A stretch of DNA of 64,000 nt from Acidimicrobiia bacterium (GTDB taxonomy: Bacteria; Actinomycetota; Acidimicrobiia; Spongiisociales; ZC4RG35). The notes under the pieces were generated by a model that worked only from the letters and a program-made list of their open reading frames with translations, did no database searches and was not told the origin of the DNA. Every line of letters begins with the position of its first letter. The first letter of the stretch is position 1. Positions 58,835 to 64,000 of this stretch are shown here, piece after piece. Location: positions 1-64,000 of the forward strand of contig CBDBCY010000004.1 of the NCBI GenBank assembly GCA_965203555.1, written 5' to 3'. The translations under genes and the position numbers were made by a program.

Positions 58835-59755
58835 TTACCGGCCGGTGGTCGGGGAAGGCTCGCCGGGGGACTGGTCGGTCCAGGCGGGACACATGGACTG
58901 GTAGGAGCACCAGTCGCACAGTCTCGACTTCCTGGTGGGGAAGACATCGGTGGCGGTGGCCCGCTCGATAGCCGACCACAGCGCCAGGATCTGTTGCTTG
59001 ACTCCCCGCAATTGCCGGTCGAACACCGGGAGGCTGTAGGCCACCGAGTTCCCCAGGTACACCAGCCGGATCAAAGCCGGGGTCCGGCCGGCGTCCTGCT
59101 GGACCATCAGGGCGTAGATCTTGAGGGCGAAAAAGCTGGAGTCGGCGAAGTTGAGCGGAGGCGCCCTGCCGGTCTTGTAATCGGTGATCACCAGGTCCCC
59201 GTTGCCTCCCGGATCGAGCCGGTCGATTATCCCCCGAATCTCCAGCAGTCCCTGCCGTCCGTTCCTCGAGTCGTCCTCGACCAGCAGGGTGATGAACTTC
59301 TCTCTTTCCAGTGGTTCTATCCGGCGGGGATCCTCCACCCGGAAGTACCGCTCCGCCACTTTCCGGCTTCCCCGCAAGTACTTGTCCCGGCCTTCGGGGT
59401 CTCCGGCGAACAGGTCCTGGTACTCCTCGCTGTCCAGGGTCTCCTCCCACGCGGTCTCCAGCAGTTCGAGGAGTTGGTCGGGATGCCGATCGGAGGCGGG
59501 AAAGTCGAACAGCCTCTCCAGGGCCAGATGGATGGCGGTCCCCCTGGCCTGGGCCGGGGTGGGGACCGAGGGGATCTTCTCGAGATGGCGGAACTTGTAC
59601 ATCCGAGGACAGGTCTTGAAATCCGAGGCCCGGCTGGGGGAGAGGTTGGCGACCGGCTCGGGGGCCTCTTCGGGATCTGCGGGCAGGAGGGCGGAAGCGG
59701 CGCCCCGGACGGGGGAGGGTTCGGTGGGGGAGGTGGCGATTGTGGAATTCATCAA
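58835..59755 (-). CDS. RecB-family exonuclease (PD-(D/E)XK, Fe-S)
   Basis: LSPSRASDFKTCP, GTAIH.ALE, GIIDRLD, DYKTG, LCDWCSYQSMCP. Confidence 0.9.
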   Translation of the reverse strand: MMNSTIATSPTEPSPVRGAASALLPADPEEAPEPVANLSPSRASDFKTCPRMYKFRHLEKIPSVPTPAQARGTAIHLALERLFDFPASDRHPDQLLELLETAWEETLDSEEYQDLFAGDPEGRDKYLRGSRKVAERYFRVEDPRRIEPLEREKFITLLVEDDSRNGRQGLLEIRGIIDRLDPGGNGDLVITDYKTGRAPPLNFADSSFFALKIYALMVQQDAGRTPALIRLVYLGNSVAYSLPVFDRQLRGVKQQILALWSAIERATATDVFPTRKSRLCDWCSYQSMCPAWTDQSPGEPSPTTGR

Positions 59756-59761
59756 TCGTCG

Positions 59762-59783
59762 ATCATAAGAAGGGGCCGGGACA
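59762..59783 (-). promoter_or_regulatory. PafBC/RecA-NDp-like promoter of the RecB-family exonuclease
   Basis: TGTCCC-GGCCCCTTCT-TATGAT then 6 nt to TTG ATG. Confidence 0.7.
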
Positions 59784-59963
59784 TTTTCCGGTCTCTTCGA
59801 TCATATTCGGACCGTCCCGCGAAAAAGAGCGGCAACCTGGCAAAGAGACCGGACCCCACCCCGCCGGGCGCGAGGCGCCGGCGTGCCGTCCCCCTTTACG
59901 CGGTGGGGTAGAACCGCCAAGTTTGCTACCCTGATCTGCGATACCCCATTCAGGGCGACAAAC

Positions 59964-62588
59964 ATGGACAGCAGCCAGGTCCGCCGGACTTTTCTAGATT
60001 TTTTTGCCGAACGCGGTCACACCGTGCGCCCGTCGGCCTCTCTGATCCCGGTCGACCCCACCCTGTTGGTGACCAACGCCGGAATGGTTCCCTTCAAGCC
60101 CTACTTTCTGGGCGAGGAGACGCCTCCCTACCGACGGGCGACCAGTGTCCAAAAGTGCGTTCGCACCATCGACATCGACATAATCGGCACCACCGCCCGC
60201 CACACCTCGTTCTTCGAGATGATGGGAAACTTCAGTTTCGGCGACTATTTCAAGCGTGACGCCATCCGCTGGTCCTACCAACTGGTCACCGAGGGCTACG
60301 GACTCGAACCGGACCGTCTGTGGTTCACCGTCTACGAAACCGACGACGAGGCTGCCGAACTGTGGGTTTCCGAGGTGGGGGTGCCCCCCGACCGGGTGCA
60401 GCGCGGGGGCAGGGACAACTTCTGGCAGATGGGAGTGCCGGGGCCTTGCGGTCCGTGTTCCGAGATCTTCTATGACCGCGGTCCCGAATTCGGAGAGCAA
60501 GGAGGGCCGATCGGTGGGGGAGAAAGCCGCTACGTGGAATTGTGGAACCTGGTGTTCATGCAGAACATCCAGAACCGGCCCTTCGAGGTGGTGGGGGATC
60601 TTCCCCAAAAAGGGGTGGACACCGGCATGGGCCTGGAACGGACGGCCATGATCCTCCAGGGGGTGTCCAGCGCTTTCGAAACCGATGTGATGCGCCCGGT
60701 GCTCGAGGCCGGTTCTTCCATTTGCGAGGTCCCCTACGGACAGAGCCCCGTCTCCGATGTCTCCCTTCGGATACTTGCCGATCACGGTCGGGCCATGACC
60801 GTGTTGATCTCCGACGGTGTGGTCCCGTCCAACGAGGGGCGGGGTTATGTTCTGCGTCGCCTGATCCGCCGGGCGGTGAGACATGGATGGCTGCTCGGCT
60901 ATGAGGGACTGCTCATGCCCAGGCTGGCTTCCGCCACGGTTGCCGCGCTTGGCGATACTTATCCCGAGGTGATCGATCAGTACGACCTGGTCCTGAAGGT
61001 GGTCTCCCAGGAGGAGTACCGGTTCCTGCGCACCCTCGAGTCGGGCCATTCCATTCTTGCCGGGGAGATGGCCAGTCTCGATGAAGGGGAGAGCCTCTCC
61101 GGAGAGGTGGCGTTCCGACTCCACGACACGTACGGGTTCCCCTTTGAACTGATCATGGAGATCTCCGAGGAAAAGCGGGTCGGGGTGGACAAGGGTGGCT
61201 TCGACCGCTTGATGGAGCAGCAGCGGGAACGGGCCAGAAAAGCGTGGAAGGGGGGCCAGGAGTCGGCGGCGGCCGATCTTTACCGGGGACTGCTCGACGA
61301 CATTGGAACGTGTGATTTCATCGGCTACGAGCACGAGGAGGGAAGGGCCCGGGTACTGGCCATCCTCCGGGAAGGCGAGCAGGTGTCCACGGCCCGGCGC
61401 GGAGAAGAGGTGGAGGTATTCCTGGACGCCACCCCGTTCTACGCCGAGGCGGGGGGCCAGGTGGGAGACAGCGGGATCATGGTCAGCGACACGGGAGAGC
61501 TGGAAATATCCGACACTCGCCATCCCGTCGCGGGTCTCTCCGGGCATCTCGCCCGCGTGACGAGAGGTTGGGTGGGGACCGGACAGACCGTGCGGGCGGA
61601 GATCGACCCTCATCGAAGGGAAGGTATCCGCAAGAGCCACACCGCTACCCACATCCTCCATTGGGCGCTTCGAGAGGGTCTCGGAGATCACGTCCGACAG
61701 GCCGGGTCGCTGGTCACCGACGGACGGCTGAGATTCGACTTTTCTCACTATTCGGGTCTGGAGCATCAGGAGTTGTTCGAGATAGACCAACTGGCCAATC
61801 AAAAGGTGATCGGCAACAGCGACATCAACACCACAGTCATGCACATCGACGACGCCCGCTCCTCGGGCGCGTTGGCTTTTTTCGGTGACAAGTACGGAGA
61901 GCAGGTGAGGGTGGTCCAGGTAGGCGACTTTTCCCGCGAGTTGTGCGGTGGTACTCATGTGCCGTCCGCCGGTCAGACCGGACCGGTGGTGGTGCTGGGC
62001 GAGTCCTCGATCGGCGCCAATCTGCGAAGGGTGGAGGCTGTCACCGGCCAGACCGCCTATGACCACCTGCTCCAGGTACGGGACACCTTGGATCGCACGG
62101 GAAGGAAACTGACCGTCCCGTGGACCGCAGTCCCCGAGCGGATCGAGTCACTGTTGGCCCGGGTGAGTGAACTGGAGGACGAGTTGGAGGAGATGCGGTC
62201 CGCCCGAAGAGGGGACCTGGCCGAAGAGCTGGCCGGGAGCGCCAGAGCCTGTAACGACTTCAAACTGGTGGTCTCCGCGCAGGAGGGACTTGACGTCAAA
62301 CAGTTGCGGCAACTGGTCCTGGGAGTCAGGGATCGGATCGCCCCCGGGGTGGTGATCGTCGGATCGGTCGCCAACGGCAAGGGCGCCGTGGTGGGGGCGG
62401 TCAGTCGGGCGCTGATCCGACACGGTATGTCGGCCGCAGATGTGGTGGGTTCGGCCGCCCGGGTGATGGGCGGCGGAAGTTCCCGTGATCCGGAGCTGGC
62501 ACAGGGGGGAGGTCCCAGGGGACATCTGTTGGATGAGGCGCTCGAGAAAGCCGGTACGATAGCCACCCGGGCCCTGTCGGAGGTCTGA
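59964..62588 (+). CDS. alaS: Alanine--tRNA ligase
   Basis: NAGMVPFK, QKCVR, FFEMMGNFSFGDYFK, GPCGPCSE, DTGMGLER, HTATH, ELCGGTH. Confidence 0.98.
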   Translation: MDSSQVRRTFLDFFAERGHTVRPSASLIPVDPTLLVTNAGMVPFKPYFLGEETPPYRRATSVQKCVRTIDIDIIGTTARHTSFFEMMGNFSFGDYFKRDAIRWSYQLVTEGYGLEPDRLWFTVYETDDEAAELWVSEVGVPPDRVQRGGRDNFWQMGVPGPCGPCSEIFYDRGPEFGEQGGPIGGGESRYVELWNLVFMQNIQNRPFEVVGDLPQKGVDTGMGLERTAMILQGVSSAFETDVMRPVLEAGSSICEVPYGQSPVSDVSLRILADHGRAMTVLISDGVVPSNEGRGYVLRRLIRRAVRHGWLLGYEGLLMPRLASATVAALGDTYPEVIDQYDLVLKVVSQEEYRFLRTLESGHSILAGEMASLDEGESLSGEVAFRLHDTYGFPFELIMEISEEKRVGVDKGGFDRLMEQQRERARKAWKGGQESAAADLYRGLLDDIGTCDFIGYEHEEGRARVLAILREGEQVSTARRGEEVEVFLDATPFYAEAGGQVGDSGIMVSDTGELEISDTRHPVAGLSGHLARVTRGWVGTGQTVRAEIDPHRREGIRKSHTATHILHWALREGLGDHVRQAGSLVTDGRLRFDFSHYSGLEHQELFEIDQLANQKVIGNSDINTTVMHIDDARSSGALAFFGDKYGEQVRVVQVGDFSRELCGGTHVPSAGQTGPVVVLGESSIGANLRRVEAVTGQTAYDHLLQVRDTLDRTGRKLTVPWTAVPERIESLLARVSELEDELEEMRSARRGDLAEELAGSARACNDFKLVVSAQEGLDVKQLRQLVLGVRDRIAPGVVIVGSVANGKGAVVGAVSRALIRHGMSAADVVGSAARVMGGGSSRDPELAQGGGPRGHLLDEALEKAGTIATRALSEV

Positions 62589-62589
62589 C

Positions 62590-63027
62590 CTGGGACGGGT
62601 TCTGGCCGTGGACCCGGGTGAGAGGAGGGTTGGGGTGGCGCTGTCCGATCCGGCTGGGATCATCGCCCAGCCATGGGCGGTAATAGACCGGGCGGTCTCG
62701 GATGTGGTGGTCGAGGTTAAAAGGATGGTGCAGGACAACCGGGTCGATACCATCGTGGTGGGCCTGCCCGTCAGCCTCTCCGGCCGCGAGGGAGCCTCGG
62801 CCACAGCGGCCCGGGACCTTGCAACCGAGTTGGCGGAGGCCACCGGTGTGGCGGTGGAACTGCATGACGAACGCTATAGCACGGTGGCGGCGGAACAGGT
62901 CATGAGAGAAGGGAAGGCTTCGGCCAAGAAGCGCCGCAACCGCAGGGACAAAGTGGCGGCGGCCATCATTTTGTCCGAGTATCTGATGGGAAGGCCACGG
63001 GCCGACACACCGGGTGGCGGGCCATGA
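62590..63027 (+). CDS. ruvX: YqgF/RuvX RNase H-fold nuclease; probable CTG start
   Basis: (M)GRVLAVDPGERRVGVALSD, VVGLP, DERYST, D..AA..IL; alaS-ruvX-mltG synteny. Confidence 0.92.
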   Translation: MGRVLAVDPGERRVGVALSDPAGIIAQPWAVIDRAVSDVVVEVKRMVQDNRVDTIVVGLPVSLSGREGASATAARDLATELAEATGVAVELHDERYSTVAAEQVMREGKASAKKRRNRRDKVAAAIILSEYLMGRPRADTPGGGP

Positions 63028-64000
63028 CCGCCCCGCCGGATCCCGACCGGTATCCTCGGCCCTCCAGCCCCTGGTCGTTGTTGCGTCTTCTGGTAGTGGC
63101 GGGAATTGTGGTGGTGTCGGCGGTGCTGGTCATCAACCTGGGTTCTCGGATGGGACAGGAAGTGGCCCAGCGGTTGGAAGGACTGGACACCGCCACCACC
63201 CCCACCCTGGTTCCCGGCCTGTTGGTGGAAGTGGACATCCCGTTCGGTTCCTCCGCCACCCGGGTGGCCGAGATCCTCATGGAAGCCGGGGTGATAGCCG
63301 ACTCGGGACTGCTGTTGGCCGCGGTGCAGGACGCCGGGGTGGCGGGATCCATCCAAGCCGGCGTCTATCAGTTGACGACCGGCGTCTCCATCGAGGAGTT
63401 GCTGGTGGAGTTGCTGGCCGGTCCGGTGGCCACCACCTACCGGATAACCGTCTTCGCCGGGCAGCGGATCGACGAGATACTCGATATGTTGGCGGAGGCC
63501 TCCCGCATCGAACGGTCACAGTTCGAGGATGCCTTGCTGGATGGGGTGGTGACTTCTTCGTTCCTCGATCAGAGCGGGCCCGCCAGTCTCCGGTCGTGGG
63601 AAGGGCTGCTGTTCCCCGATACCTACGAATTCGACAACGACGCCCAGGCGCCGGAGATCCTGCAGCGGTTGTCGGACACCATGGAGCAGCGGATGTCACT
63701 GGTGGATTGGACTCGAATAGCCCCCCTGGGTTTCACGCCGTACCAGGGGATGGTGATGGCCTCCATCATCGAGTCCGAGGTGCGGTTGGCGGAAGAGCGG
63801 CCCCTGGTGGCGAGCGTGATAATCAATCGCCTCGACGACGGATTGGCGTTGCAGATGGACAGCACCGTCCTGTATGCGCTGGGTACCCGCGACGTGGCCG
63901 AATTCGACCGGGAGATCGATTCTCCCTATAACACCTACCGGCAGAGCAGGCTCCCTCCGACACCCATTTCCGCGCCCAGTTTCGCGTCACTGCAGGCCGC
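63024..64000 (+). CDS. mltG: Endolytic transglycosylase MltG (3'-truncated by window)
   Basis: N-terminal TM; EGLLFPDTY, ASIIESE, VASVI.NRL, LQMDST..Y, SPYNTY...LPPTPI. Confidence 0.93.
   Translation, partial: MTAPPDPDRYPRPSSPWSLLRLLVVAGIVVVSAVLVINLGSRMGQEVAQRLEGLDTATTPTLVPGLLVEVDIPFGSSATRVAEILMEAGVIADSGLLLAAVQDAGVAGSIQAGVYQLTTGVSIEELLVELLAGPVATTYRITVFAGQRIDEILDMLAEASRIERSQFEDALLDGVVTSSFLDQSGPASLRSWEGLLFPDTYEFDNDAQAPEILQRLSDTMEQRMSLVDWTRIAPLGFTPYQGMVMASIIESEVRLAEERPLVASVIINRLDDGLALQMDSTVLYALGTRDVAEFDREIDSPYNTYRQSRLPPTPISAPSFASLQA

Noticed and set aside
50400-59755. Cas4/CRISPR adaptation module
   Set aside because: No cas1/cas2 or array; the nucleases fit an AdnAB/RecB-family repair context.
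59994-62066. Long antisense ORFs (also 20932-22755, 32417-33934, 10040-11545, 53725-55137)
   Set aside because: Shadow frames of well-supported genes in high-GC DNA, with no recognisable motifs.

Overview
GC-rich (actinobacterial, Acidimicrobiia-like; host/sponge association is only inferred from the RCC1/SLH surface proteins) chromosomal window. Housekeeping genes: hisC, nfuA, acyl-CoA dehydrogenase, xseAB, moaB, rmuC, xdhC-coxG, aceE, dtd, adnAB, alaS-ruvX-mltG. It also carries an 8-gene ABC/MoxR/DUF58/VWA operon plus mug, a cbiB-cobD-cobQ-pduX cobamide operon, a CCAEP-tail B12 radical SAM gene and several accessory islets. No rRNA, tRNA, CRISPR array, transposase or reverse transcriptase was seen. 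Main observations: (1) two secreted RCC1/BLIP-II-like proteins hold three arrays of exactly 14 repeats each, with a shared C-terminal cap and mosaic repeat copying; (2) five copies of a TGTC(A/C)C-N10-(T/C)ANNNT promoter (PafBC/RecA-NDp-like) sit before a DUF222-HNH gene, rmuC, a RecB-family nuclease, an unannotated 54-aa Cys protein leading adnAB, and an ORF-less insert carrying an ispF fragment; (3) a tandem double PD-(D/E)XK Fe-S nuclease; (4) three genes whose conserved N-termini require CTG/ATC/ATT starts; (5) a small-protein + Cys/His peptidase-like pair and an ImmA/IrrE + PIN islet. Many single-base homopolymer insertions suggest uncorrected long-read errors, so pseudogene calls are tentative.
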